From Ruminococcus albus 7 = DSM 20455 (GTDB lineage Bacteria; Bacillota; Clostridia; Oscillospirales; Ruminococcaceae): DNA of 32,000 bases. Below are positions 7,422-15,645 of this stretch, in pieces. Where the stretch lies: positions 1-32,000 of the forward strand of contig NC_014825.1 of the NCBI RefSeq assembly GCF_000179635.2, in the 5' to 3' direction. The notes under the pieces are model-generated. The model searched no databases and was not told where the DNA came from. It was given only the letters and a program-made list of their open reading frames with translations. The number at the start of each line of letters is the position of its first letter. The first letter of the stretch is position 1. The position numbers were made by a program, and so were the translations under genes.

Positions 7422-8783
7422 TTAAGAGAGTATACCTCTTTCCTTTTTAAGACGAAGCACACGCTCAAGACTTTCGTCGATTCGCTTCTCGGTCAAATCA
7501 CCATTTTTAACGGCTTTTTCGATACCTTTAACAGCTGAATCAAGATCTTCGGGCATCAGCAGCAGATCTCCGCCTGCCTTCAATACAGCCACTGCTATCT
7601 CGTCGGAACTGTAATAGTTAGCCAAAGCACCCATAGCAAGTGCATCTGTAACAACAACACCGTCAAAACCAAGCTTTCCGCGAAGTTCATCGGTAATGAT
7701 CGTTTTTGAGAGTGATGCAGGCTGGTTATCTATATTTACCATTGTGATATGTCCTACCATTACCATATCAGCACCTGCGGCTATACCGCTCTCAAACGCC
7801 AGATATTCGGCATTTTCCAGTTCATCAACTGTCTTGTAGCTGCTTGCCATGCCCACATGGGAATCCTCAGCAGTATCACCGTGACCGGGGAAATGCTTCA
7901 GCGAACATACTACGCCGCCATCCTTGAAGCCCTTTACAGCACCGGCAACCAGTTCAGCTGCCTGCTGAAAGTCATCGCTGTAAGCACGGGTGCCTATAAC
8001 GGTATTGTCAGGATTAGACCATGTATCCGCAACAGGTGCAAAATCAAGATTGAACCCAAGTCCTGCTATATCCGATGCTATGGTAAAAGCGTTGCTGTAT
8101 GCAGTATCAGTACCCTTTTCGCGGTAATTATACATAGGCTTGAACGCGGTAGTACCCAGCTTATCAGCACATCTTGCAACGATGCCGCCCTCTTCGTCAA
8201 CAGCAAAAAACAGGGGTATATCCGATACAACGCTGTTGCTTTCGGCTGTGGCAGAGATCATGGTTTTTGTCTGTTCGGTGTTCTCAAGATTCTGAGCAAA
8301 ATATATAAGACCGCCAACAGGATATTCCTTCAGGGCATCAAGTGTAGCCGCACCCGATTCTGTCACAAGGTCATACCCCGTCAGACCTTCGGGAGTAACT
8401 ACAAACAGCTGACATATCTTCTCATGCAGTGACATCTCCGACATCATTTTGGTTATCTCGTCTTCTTTGCCAGCGTTTTCATCAGCCATTGAAGAAGATG
8501 TATCTGCTGCAGAGGAAGCTATGTCCTTATCATCGGAAGGCTTATCCTCAGTTTTATCTGGTTCTTCCGCATCTGTGGTATCATCATCCGTCTTATCAGT
8601 TTTATTATCACTGCTTTGTTTTGAAGTATTATCAGATGTCTTGCTTTCTGCGGTCTCAGCAGGACGATTCTTAAAATAACCATTGATAACAAACGCACTC
8701 AGCGCACCTGTTATCACAAGCAGAATGATCAAATTACGTATAAGCGTTGTTTTGGCACTCGCCTTTTTCTTCGGCTTCGACAT
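7422..8783 (-). CDS. membrane-anchored glycoside hydrolase family 3 (beta-N-acetylhexosaminidase, NagZ-like)
   Basis: 453-aa ORF. N-terminal TM anchor 'LIRNLIILLVITGALSAFVING', an acidic D/T/K-rich linker, then a GH3 N-domain with 'KHFPGHGDT'. TAGGAG RBS. Confidence 0.8.
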   Translation of the reverse strand: MSKPKKKASAKTTLIRNLIILLVITGALSAFVINGYFKNRPAETAESKTSDNTSKQSSDNKTDKTDDDTTDAEEPDKTEDKPSDDKDIASSAADTSSSMADENAGKEDEITKMMSEMSLHEKICQLFVVTPEGLTGYDLVTESGAATLDALKEYPVGGLIYFAQNLENTEQTKTMISATAESNSVVSDIPLFFAVDEEGGIVARCADKLGTTAFKPMYNYREKGTDTAYSNAFTIASDIAGLGFNLDFAPVADTWSNPDNTVIGTRAYSDDFQQAAELVAGAVKGFKDGGVVCSLKHFPGHGDTAEDSHVGMASSYKTVDELENAEYLAFESGIAAGADMVMVGHITMVNIDNQPASLSKTIITDELRGKLGFDGVVVTDALAMGALANYYSSDEIAVAVLKAGGDLLLMPEDLDSAVKGIEKAVKNGDLTEKRIDESLERVLRLKKERGILS

Positions 8784-8828
8784 ATTATCACTCCTATATA
8801 CATTTTTGTAAAATATAATACAAAAAAC

Positions 8829-8857
8829 AGTATACCACTATTTTCAGCGAATGTCAA
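8829..8857 (-). promoter_or_regulatory. sigma-A type promoter of the GH3 gene
   Basis: On the - strand: TTGACA (8852-8857), 17-nt spacer, TATACT (8829-8834). Confidence 0.55.
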
Positions 8858-8897
8858 CAGCGGCTATTCTTGAAAGCATACCTTTAAAAACAAACAC

Positions 8898-8934
8898 ATA
8901 AAAATAACGTCCCGAGAAATTCACGGAACGTTAT
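8898..8934 (-). terminator. intrinsic terminator of bioY
   Basis: The - strand RNA forms AACGUUCCG-(9-nt loop)-CGGGACGUU (9 bp including one G-U), followed by AUUUUUAU. Confidence 0.65.
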
Positions 8935-8959
8935 AACAAAAACGTTTAGTATCATCAAT

Positions 8960-9535
8960 TCACAGACGGATGCGCTTTTTGACAGCTTCCGACAACGCAA
9001 CTGCCAGACCAAGCTTCAGTATATCCCAGAAAACAAAGGGGATAACGCATAATTTCAGTGCCTTTAAAATGCCCATACTGCCGCTGCTGTCAGTATATAC
9101 CTTTACGAACCATATAGTACCAAAAGCATAACAAACTGCAAGACCTACTATCATGGAGATAACACTTACGATAATATTTTCGCTTATGAACTTTTCAGCC
9201 AGCAGGTAAATAACAGGCAATATCAGAAAACCAAGTATATATCCGCCCGTTGCACCGAACAGTACCCCGATGCCGCCTTTAAATCCTGAAAATACAGGTA
9301 TTCCCACAGCACCCAGCATAATATACACCAGTACCGCGAAAAATCCGCGCTTGCCGCCAAGCATAAATACAGCGCAGAATATGGCAAAAGTCTGCATCGT
9401 AAAAGGCACTGCCATAGGTATCGATATCCACGAACATACAACTATCAGTACTGCAAACATCGCTGTCAGAGCCATATCTTTTACTGACATGAACGGGTCG
9501 TTATGTTTTGTTTTACTTAATGTATTGGCTGTCAT
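8960..9535 (-). CDS. bioY: biotin ECF-transporter S component BioY
   Basis: 191-aa polytopic ORF. 'FTMQTFAIFCAVFMLGGKRG...GAVGIPVFSGFKGGIGVLFGATGGYILGF' is the characteristic BioY core. Confidence 0.85.
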   Translation of the reverse strand: MTANTLSKTKHNDPFMSVKDMALTAMFAVLIVVCSWISIPMAVPFTMQTFAIFCAVFMLGGKRGFFAVLVYIMLGAVGIPVFSGFKGGIGVLFGATGGYILGFLILPVIYLLAEKFISENIIVSVISMIVGLAVCYAFGTIWFVKVYTDSSGSMGILKALKLCVIPFVFWDILKLGLAVALSEAVKKRIRL

Positions 9536-9537
9536 AT

Positions 9538-9567
9538 TGTATACCTCTTTTCATTCGCTGGTATACA
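9538..9567. promoter_or_regulatory. BirA-type operator candidate (TGTATACC-N14-GGTATACA)
   Basis: Perfect 8-bp inverted repeat separated by 14 nt. It spans the region from the -10 hexamer to 2 nt upstream of the bioY ATG, covering the TSS and RBS. Confidence 0.55.
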
Positions 9568-9595
9568 TTATAACATCACTCAGACTATTTGTCAA
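9567..9595 (-). promoter_or_regulatory. sigma-A type promoter of bioY
   Basis: On the - strand: TTGACA (9590-9595), 17-nt spacer, TATAAT (9567-9572). Confidence 0.6.
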
Positions 9596-9626
9596 CCTAT
9601 TTTATAAAAAAGTATACAAATTTTCA

Positions 9627-10700
9627 TTATTTATGAAAAAATGCCGAGTATATCAGGAAAACAGCGCCTGCACCGAGCAGCATATACAGCAATACCATTA
9701 CATACAATCGCATACCGCGGCTTTCCTTTTCTTCGACAGGCAAGCTTTCCTGCTGCGGTCGCAACGGTTCGTTTGCAAGCTTTTCCGGCACGTCCGAACG
9801 TTTATTATCGTCGTCTGTTCGCTCTGCGGGCGATACATAACATTCCTCATACTGCGGCGGCACACTGTCAACAGGTATCTGACTCAGCACTCTGTAGACC
9901 TCGTCCATATCATTATATCTGCTCTCGGGATGAGCCATGCAGCACTGCATTATAAATCTTCCAAGTTCTGCAGGTGCACCTGAAGGCGGATCAAACGGGA
10001 TTCCGTCAAAACGCTTTTTAACAGCAATTTCAGGATCCTCACCTGCTTTTTGCAGAGGCAGAAGACCTCCGTTGAAAAGCTGATAAAGCATCAGCCCGTA
10101 TGAGAATATGTCCGCTTTGTAAGGATCAAAATTATCCGATAAAGATTCGGGTGCTGAATATGTCGGGTCGGAAAGGGCGGGAAGATAGGTGCATGGTGCA
10201 TCAAGGCAGAAATGCCCTTCGCTGTCAACACGGAGATTTTTTGGACAAATATCCCCGAAGGTAAAGCCTCTGCGATGTGCGTTACGTATGCCGCGGCAGA
10301 TATTATCCGCCAGCTTTCGGGCTGTAACATAAGGCATCTGACCACTATTATCAAGCGGACGATAGTCATCTGTCTGCACAAGTATATCCGCTGCCACAGG
10401 CGGTGCGCCAACATTTTCAAGATTCTTAACTGTAAAGTTACGCGCACTGACAAGAAAAGCCTCCCCTGCCAGCGGAAGTCGGGCGTTTATCCTGTTTATG
10501 GCAGAAGCTGTCAGTTCGGATAGAGGTCTGCCGCAGGAGGTACTGTCAACGGTAAGCACCCTGACAGCGCTTTTGCGCCCGTTTTTGTCTTTCAGCGAGA
10601 ACATCGACCCCAGGTCATCCTCCCACATAAAGCTGTCAACGAACCATTCGTCCCAGAGGGGTTCGTATACTGACATTCTCCTCTCAAGGCTCTTATCCAA
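9627..10700 (-). CDS. tail-anchored Ser/Thr protein-kinase-like protein with degenerate catalytic motifs (probable pseudokinase)
   Basis: 357-aa ORF with a TTG start 7 nt after GGAGG. Kinase-fold landmarks 'FGDICPKN' (HRDxKxxN position), 'LDAP' (DFG position), 'SAPE', 'DIFSYGLMLYQLF' and 'HPESRY'. 'AVRVL' sits at the VAIK position. A single C-terminal TM 'LYVMVLLYMLLGAGAVFLIYSAFF' ends the protein. Confidence 0.65.
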   Translation of the reverse strand: MDKSLERRMSVYEPLWDEWFVDSFMWEDDLGSMFSLKDKNGRKSAVRVLTVDSTSCGRPLSELTASAINRINARLPLAGEAFLVSARNFTVKNLENVGAPPVAADILVQTDDYRPLDNSGQMPYVTARKLADNICRGIRNAHRRGFTFGDICPKNLRVDSEGHFCLDAPCTYLPALSDPTYSAPESLSDNFDPYKADIFSYGLMLYQLFNGGLLPLQKAGEDPEIAVKKRFDGIPFDPPSGAPAELGRFIMQCCMAHPESRYNDMDEVYRVLSQIPVDSVPPQYEECYVSPAERTDDDNKRSDVPEKLANEPLRPQQESLPVEEKESRGMRLYVMVLLYMLLGAGAVFLIYSAFFHK

Positions 10701-10754
10701 ACCAATACCTCCTTCCTGCTGACCGGTAATGTACCAACGCAGCTCTCGATACGA

Positions 10755-12224
10755 TCAATTGCCCAGATGCATAACGTTCAAAAGCAGCAACCAGCTGAGT
10801 CCGTAGTAAGTCACCACAGCCACAAGGTCATTTACGGTGGTTATCAGGGGACCCGAAGCAACTGCAGGGTCAACTTTTATCTTCTTGAAAAACAGGGGTA
10901 TTATAGTACCCACCGCACTTGAAATCAGCATAGCCAGCATAAGCGAAACGCCTATACAGCCCGATACCGCAAAGGAAAAACCTGCTGTGCGGTGTTTGAA
11001 AAACATGATATACAGTCCCACCATGGCAAATGACATAAGCCCGAGAAGTATACCGTTTGAAAGACCCACGCGGGTCTCCTTTGCCACTAGATGCATCTTC
11101 TGCCTGAATGTCAGGTTCTCGTCCGTAAGCACTCGGATAGTGACCGCAAGCGACTGTGTGCCAACGTTACCAGCCATGTCCAGTATGAGGGACTGGAATG
11201 CCATTATAAGCGTCAGCTGTGATATGACCTTTTCAAATACGCCGACTACACCGGATACTACCAGACCCAGACCAAGCAGTACCAGCAGCCACGGCAGACG
11301 CTTTTTCATACTCTGCAGCAGTGGTTCCTGCAAATCTTCCTCCGCTGTCAGACCTGCAAACATGACGTAGTCTTCGCCCATCTCATCATCAACGACTTCG
11401 ATAAGGCTTTTAGCTGTGATAACGCCAAGCAGCCTGCTGCTGTTATCAAGCACAGGTATAAGATCCTCGGAGTAATCCTTCAGCTTTTCGATACACTCAT
11501 CTATCTCCTCGTTAGCGTAAACATAGGGGAAAGATGTCATTATAAGGCTCTCCAGCGAACGTGTGCTGCGGGCTGTGATAAGTTCTTTAAGGTCGATAGC
11601 GCCGTAAAACTCATCATTATCGTCAACTACGAATATAGTCGTGATATTATCGTTATCCTCAGCCTGACGAACGAGTTCGCTCATCGCCTGTTTTATGGTA
11701 AGATCTTCCTTGATGATTATGCAGTTCGTGGTCATCTTACTGCCTATCTCATCTTCATCAAAACTGGCGATAAGGCGTATCTCTTTCCTGACCTCAGCTG
11801 AGAGTGCATCTATTATCAGTCCGCGCTTTTCACGTTCTATCTCGCGCAGAACATTTACGGCTGTGTCAGTTTCCATAAGGCTTACTACAGCAGCAGCCTT
11901 GTTCAGGTCCATCTCATTAAGATAGATACCTGCATCGTCCTCATCAAGGTATTCAAAAGCCTCAGCCAGCATATCACCGTTACACACGCGGTAAAGCTTC
12001 TGTCTTTCCTGTTTTGAGAGATCAGCCATCACCCCGGCGATATCGTTGCCGTGGTAGTCTTCCAGTTTTTTCAGCATTACACGCGGAGAATCGTTGCTGC
12101 GTATAACGCTTATTATTTCGCCCTCGTAGTCGGGCTTGACCGCCATTTCGGCGGTATCGTCATCTGTTGTATTTTCTGTTAAATCCTTGATATCCTCAGT
12201 ATTGTTTATGATATCTTCTGCCAT
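10755..12224 (-). CDS. mgtE: magnesium transporter MgtE
   Basis: N-domain, tandem CBS region and a C-terminal 5-TM domain ('LILDMAGNVGTQS', 'ASGPLITTVNDL'). Start set at the ATG at 12224 ('MAEDII'), 9 nt after GGAGG. The ORF-track N-terminal extension runs into the riboswitch terminator. Confidence 0.85.
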   Translation of the reverse strand: MAEDIINNTEDIKDLTENTTDDDTAEMAVKPDYEGEIISVIRSNDSPRVMLKKLEDYHGNDIAGVMADLSKQERQKLYRVCNGDMLAEAFEYLDEDDAGIYLNEMDLNKAAAVVSLMETDTAVNVLREIEREKRGLIIDALSAEVRKEIRLIASFDEDEIGSKMTTNCIIIKEDLTIKQAMSELVRQAEDNDNITTIFVVDDNDEFYGAIDLKELITARSTRSLESLIMTSFPYVYANEEIDECIEKLKDYSEDLIPVLDNSSRLLGVITAKSLIEVVDDEMGEDYVMFAGLTAEEDLQEPLLQSMKKRLPWLLVLLGLGLVVSGVVGVFEKVISQLTLIMAFQSLILDMAGNVGTQSLAVTIRVLTDENLTFRQKMHLVAKETRVGLSNGILLGLMSFAMVGLYIMFFKHRTAGFSFAVSGCIGVSLMLAMLISSAVGTIIPLFFKKIKVDPAVASGPLITTVNDLVAVVTYYGLSWLLLLNVMHLGN

Positions 12225-12278
12225 AACCATAGCCCTCCGTTCATTTAAAATAATGACGCAAGGGGTTAAAAATGGGCA

Positions 12279-12490
12279 TAAAAAATCCTCTGTTGACTTA
12301 AACGGGGTCAATCAGAGGCAGGTGGCATATATTCAGAAGATCGTCCGATAATGGGACACGATCACAGAAGACGACGAACCGATACAGTTAGCCGTCCGCA
12401 ATATATAATGCCGCACAACTGCCCTTTTGACCCGCAACTGTCACCGTTAGTCACTTCTGTCCTCACCATCCTTTATGTATGGAATTTTTA
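12279..12490 (-). promoter_or_regulatory. M-box (ykoK-type) Mg2+ riboswitch leader with an intrinsic terminator expression platform
   Basis: The - strand leader contains GGUGAGG, GGGUCAA and GCUAAC elements in the order seen in the B. subtilis mgtE M-box. It ends in the hairpin CCUCUGAUUGAC...GUCAACAGAGG (12287-12318) plus AUUUUUUAU. It sits directly upstream of mgtE, the canonical context. Matched from memory, not a covariance-model hit. Confidence 0.6.
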
Positions 12491-12497
12491 CTATATT

Positions 12498-12526
12498 ATT
12501 ATATCACATTGTGAAAGCAATGTCAA
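12498..12526 (-). promoter_or_regulatory. sigma-A type promoter of the M-box/mgtE transcript
   Basis: On the - strand: TTGACA (12521-12526), 17-nt spacer, TATAAT (12498-12503). Confidence 0.65.
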
Positions 12527-12646
12527 TGACTGAACTATGAATTCATAAGATTTTATGGGCTTATATGTACTGCCGGACACCCCACCGACTCCTCTGCTGT
12601 ATTTATTATATGCGCGGATATACATATTTTATTAGCAGATCATCAA

Positions 12647-12675
12647 TTGACAAACCCCGCCCCCGGTGATATCAT
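12647..12675 (+). promoter_or_regulatory. sigma-A type promoter about 250 nt upstream of the sigma-factor gene
   Basis: TTGACA (12647-12652), 17-nt spacer, TGaTATCAT (-10 at 12670-12675). Confidence 0.45.
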
Positions 12676-12843
12676 ATTCATAAGTAAGTTATTCAGGATA
12701 ACTGTATACTATATTAAAGATTGGACTTAAATATCAAATGACTATTTACTTCACCGTCAAATAATTTTTTTCACTTACAAAATGCCGTATTACAGGGCTT
12801 TTTTCAGCCTCAGAAGAAAAAAATAAAAAAATCTCAAAAAAGG

Positions 12844-12871
12844 TGAAACTATTTTTTTCAAATACCGGTCT
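12844..12871 (+). promoter_or_regulatory. candidate ECF-type (autoregulatory) promoter
   Basis: TGAAAC (12844-12849), 16-nt spacer, CGGTCT (12866-12871). Resembles the TGAAAC-N16-CGT type of Firmicute ECF promoters. About 55 nt upstream of the TTG start. Confidence 0.35.
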
Positions 12872-12924
12872 ATTATTACGAAAGGGGCAAGAACAAAGCC
12901 CCTTACGGAAGGAGGTGTGATGCT

Positions 12925-13485
12925 TTGAGTAAAAATGATGTTTCATCGAAGTTTCAGAAGATCTACGATGACACCTATGACTACATATACCGTTACATCA
13001 TGTCCAAGGCGGACACGCGCGAGAATGCTGAGGATCTGATACAGAACGTTTATCTCACATTTTACAGAAAAATGCTGAGCGGCGCAACGGTACTCAATCC
13101 AAAGCACTATCTTCTGAGAATAGCAAAAAATGATCTGGCAGATCATTACGGTTCTGCGGCAGAAAGAAGGAACAGGATAACCGTCGAGAATATAGACGAC
13201 CACTTTGATATTCCCGATGAGGATGCCCTAACCACACTTGAGCAGACCGAATGCACCGCCTATGAAGAGGTGATGGAGCAACTAAAAAAATCAGACATTA
13301 CAGCATTCAACATTTTCATGCTGCATTTCGGACAAGGGCTTACTTTAAAGGAGACAGCAAAAGCGTTAAGCATGGAAGAATCAACAGTAAAGACAAAGAT
13401 GTACCGAATGCTGAAAAAACTGCAAAAAACAGTAAAGGAGGACGATGGTAATGCGTTATTCCGACGTAGCGGAAAAGTATTATAA
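12925..13485 (+). CDS. ECF-type (sigma-70 family, group 4) RNA polymerase sigma factor
   Basis: 186-aa ORF with a TTG start 9 nt after GGAGG. Region 2 'AEDLIQNVYLTFYRKM'. Region 4 HTH 'LTLKETAKALSMEESTVKTKMYRMLKKL'. Confidence 0.8.
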   Translation: MSKNDVSSKFQKIYDDTYDYIYRYIMSKADTRENAEDLIQNVYLTFYRKMLSGATVLNPKHYLLRIAKNDLADHYGSAAERRNRITVENIDDHFDIPDEDALTTLEQTECTAYEEVMEQLKKSDITAFNIFMLHFGQGLTLKETAKALSMEESTVKTKMYRMLKKLQKTVKEDDGNALFRRSGKVL

Positions 13486-14830
13486 AGATACAAAGAACAG
13501 AATACTTCAGAACGTTCTTGCGGCGGAAGAAAACGGCAGCGAACGTTCCCAAGATATTGTTATCGGAGAAAAAGAGAACAAGGAGAAAATAATAATGACT
13601 AACTGTGAAGTAAGAAAGAGTACAGCAAAGATCAGAAACAACAAAGGTATGATAGCAGCAGCTTGTGCTATCGTAATGATAGGCAGCGGTGCATTTGCAA
13701 TGAATACTTTTAGATCCGCTGACACCAAAGGCGTATCATCAAGACCCGACAATATGAAAGAAGTTGTTGCTACAACATCCGATGAAGATTCCTCATACAA
13801 TGAGCAGAAAGATGACACCGAAGCTGAAACTGATACCAAAACAGATGATGACACCAAGACAGAAGAAAAGAAAGAAGATATCAGCAGAGCAGAGGTAAAG
13901 GAGAAGAAAACGGACTCAAGTATAGCAGATGTCAAGGAGAAGACAACTGTCAACAACAGGACAGAAGTGAAGGAGAACACTGCTGTCACTGCAGATAACA
14001 ACGACAACAACACACAGACAAATGAGATAAGCGACGAAAACGACAGAGGACGTCATGCCGAGGCAGGCAAGGACTTTGAGGGGTACAGCGAAGAAGACAA
14101 TAGAGAACTTCCCTATGATAATGTGGATATATATGTCAGCCCTGATCTGTCAGATCTTCTGGAAGATGCTACTACTGTATTTGACGGCACTATAACCAGT
14201 GTTGAATTATACGGCCGCACACGCGATGAACAGTTCAAGCCATTAAGTGAATATTCCGAGAGCGAGCTTGAAAACGTCGGAAGACTTTATTTCAGGTGCA
14301 AGGTAACAGCAGACGGTCAGGTTTTCAAAAACCCGGATTGGTGGCTTTTCAAGAATTTCAGATATTTGTCAGATCGTGATTATGACCACAGCACAAACAC
14401 CATGATAGTGAACATACCCGTACCTAAGAAACCTACCGGTGCTGAGATTGAGGATATCTATGCTTCCAATGTAAATGAGATAAATGATCCCGATCTTTAC
14501 AAAACAGGTGATAAACTGCTGATAGCTTATTGGTCCGATGGTTCCAATCTTACCTACAAATACGATTATGATGACCATCGCTACCACGAGTCGAGCTACT
14601 ATGTTCCAAATTCAAGCATTGACGAAGATCTCGGCTATGAAAGCATGACAAACTATGCACTCCGTTCATTTATAGGCAACGATTCCTGGAGTGCTGAACG
14701 CTGGGTAAACTTCCTTGGAGAGAACTATACTATCAAAAATGAACCCAGCAGAAAGTATTCTTCAGGTCAGGTGCTCGATATTAGATACTCACTCCCCGAT
14801 AACGGCTACGTTATTTATGTAGCAGAATAA
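13451..14830 (+). CDS. single-pass membrane protein, candidate anti-sigma factor with an unassigned extracytoplasmic domain
   Basis: Start at 13451 ('MRYSD'), 9 nt after AAGGAGG, overlapping the sigma gene end by 35 nt. About 75-aa cytoplasmic N-terminus, TM 'GMIAAACAIVMIGSGAFAM', an acidic T/D/K/E-rich linker with 'VKEK' repeats, then a ~250-aa Y/W/D-rich C-terminal domain. No HxxxCxxC zinc motif. Confidence 0.55.
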   Translation: MRYSDVAEKYYKDTKNRILQNVLAAEENGSERSQDIVIGEKENKEKIIMTNCEVRKSTAKIRNNKGMIAAACAIVMIGSGAFAMNTFRSADTKGVSSRPDNMKEVVATTSDEDSSYNEQKDDTEAETDTKTDDDTKTEEKKEDISRAEVKEKKTDSSIADVKEKTTVNNRTEVKENTAVTADNNDNNTQTNEISDENDRGRHAEAGKDFEGYSEEDNRELPYDNVDIYVSPDLSDLLEDATTVFDGTITSVELYGRTRDEQFKPLSEYSESELENVGRLYFRCKVTADGQVFKNPDWWLFKNFRYLSDRDYDHSTNTMIVNIPVPKKPTGAEIEDIYASNVNEINDPDLYKTGDKLLIAYWSDGSNLTYKYDYDDHRYHESSYYVPNSSIDEDLGYESMTNYALRSFIGNDSWSAERWVNFLGENYTIKNEPSRKYSSGQVLDIRYSLPDNGYVIYVAE

Positions 14831-14875
14831 ACAAGCTTTATACATAATGCTCTTCTTTTAAATACTACCATACCT

Positions 14876-14922
14876 GACCCGCGTCGCTGATCGCAGCCGC
14901 GGGTCTTGTGTGGTATTTTTTT
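14876..14922 (+). terminator. intrinsic terminator after the anti-sigma candidate
   Basis: GACCCGCG...CGCGGGTC stem with an inner GCTG/CAGC extension. A U-rich tract ends in TTTTTTT (14916-14922). Confidence 0.6.
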
Positions 14923-14980
14923 GTATCCGCCCGATGCGAACGCATAATTCTGCACTATACTTGTATGCCATTAGCACTTA

Positions 14981-15009
14981 TTGACTTTGATAGCATATTA
15001 TGGTAAAAT
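14981..15009 (+). promoter_or_regulatory. sigma-A type promoter of the GNAT gene
   Basis: TTGACT (14981-14986), 17-nt spacer, TGgTAAAAT (-10 at 15004-15009). Confidence 0.55.
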
Positions 15010-15034
15010 ATCACCATCGAAATGAGGTGTTTGC

Positions 15035-15484
15035 ATGAATATCAGAACCATACGTGCCTGTGAACTCTGGCAGAGAACAGGTGCTTACTACGTCCGCATA
15101 CAGGGTATGTCAAAGCAGCACGGCATTACTCTCCGTCAGGAATTTGATGAACACGATACCCCTGATACGGATTATATACTCCTTACCGATGATGACTTTC
15201 CTGTTGCCACCTGCCGCTTTTATCCTTTGTCGGAGGATTCGGCTATGATAGGCAGAGTTGTTGTACTTCCCGAATACAGAGGAAAAGGTCTTGGCAGGAT
15301 AGTCATGGACGAAGCCGAAAAATGGCTTTCGGAAAAAGGCTTCTCATCAGCCGTGATAGAAGCGCGGGATGTATGTGTCGGATTCTACCGTAAGCTGGGT
15401 TACAACATAACAGATGATACGCCCGTATACGGCGGAACATTCACCTGCATACGCATGGAAAAGGAACTCAATAAATTAAACTAA
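15035..15484 (+). CDS. GNAT-family N-acetyltransferase
   Basis: 149-aa ORF. Acetyl-CoA binding motif 'VVVLPEYRGKGLGRIVMDEAEKW' and 'FYRKLGY'. Confidence 0.8.
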   Translation: MNIRTIRACELWQRTGAYYVRIQGMSKQHGITLRQEFDEHDTPDTDYILLTDDDFPVATCRFYPLSEDSAMIGRVVVLPEYRGKGLGRIVMDEAEKWLSEKGFSSAVIEARDVCVGFYRKLGYNITDDTPVYGGTFTCIRMEKELNKLN

Positions 15485-15552
15485 AAATTAACATGACCCT
15501 TTTTATTGCCCTCAAACAAAGCAAACATAACAGACAAAAGTTTTAACAATAC

Positions 15553-15581
15553 TTGACACGTCAACAGCAAAGTGCTATAAT
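15553..15581 (+). promoter_or_regulatory. sigma-A type promoter of the dockerin-protein gene
   Basis: TTGACA (15553-15558), 17-nt spacer, TGcTATAAT (-10 at 15576-15581). Confidence 0.6.
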
Positions 15582-15645
15582 AGTTATATGAACACATTGA
15601 AAGTCACGGTATCTTCGCGTAACTTTTTTTATCAAGGAGGACACA

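Noticed and set aside
12351-12533. 60-aa + strand ORF in the mgtE upstream region.
   Set aside because: It lies antisense to the M-box leader and promoter, has no RBS, and its composition (RRRR, PHNCPFDP) is not protein-like.
12746-12946. 66-aa - strand ORF upstream of the sigma gene.
   Set aside because: It runs through A/T homopolymer tracts and across the sigma-gene RBS and start. No RBS is present. It is more plausibly non-coding promoter or leader DNA.
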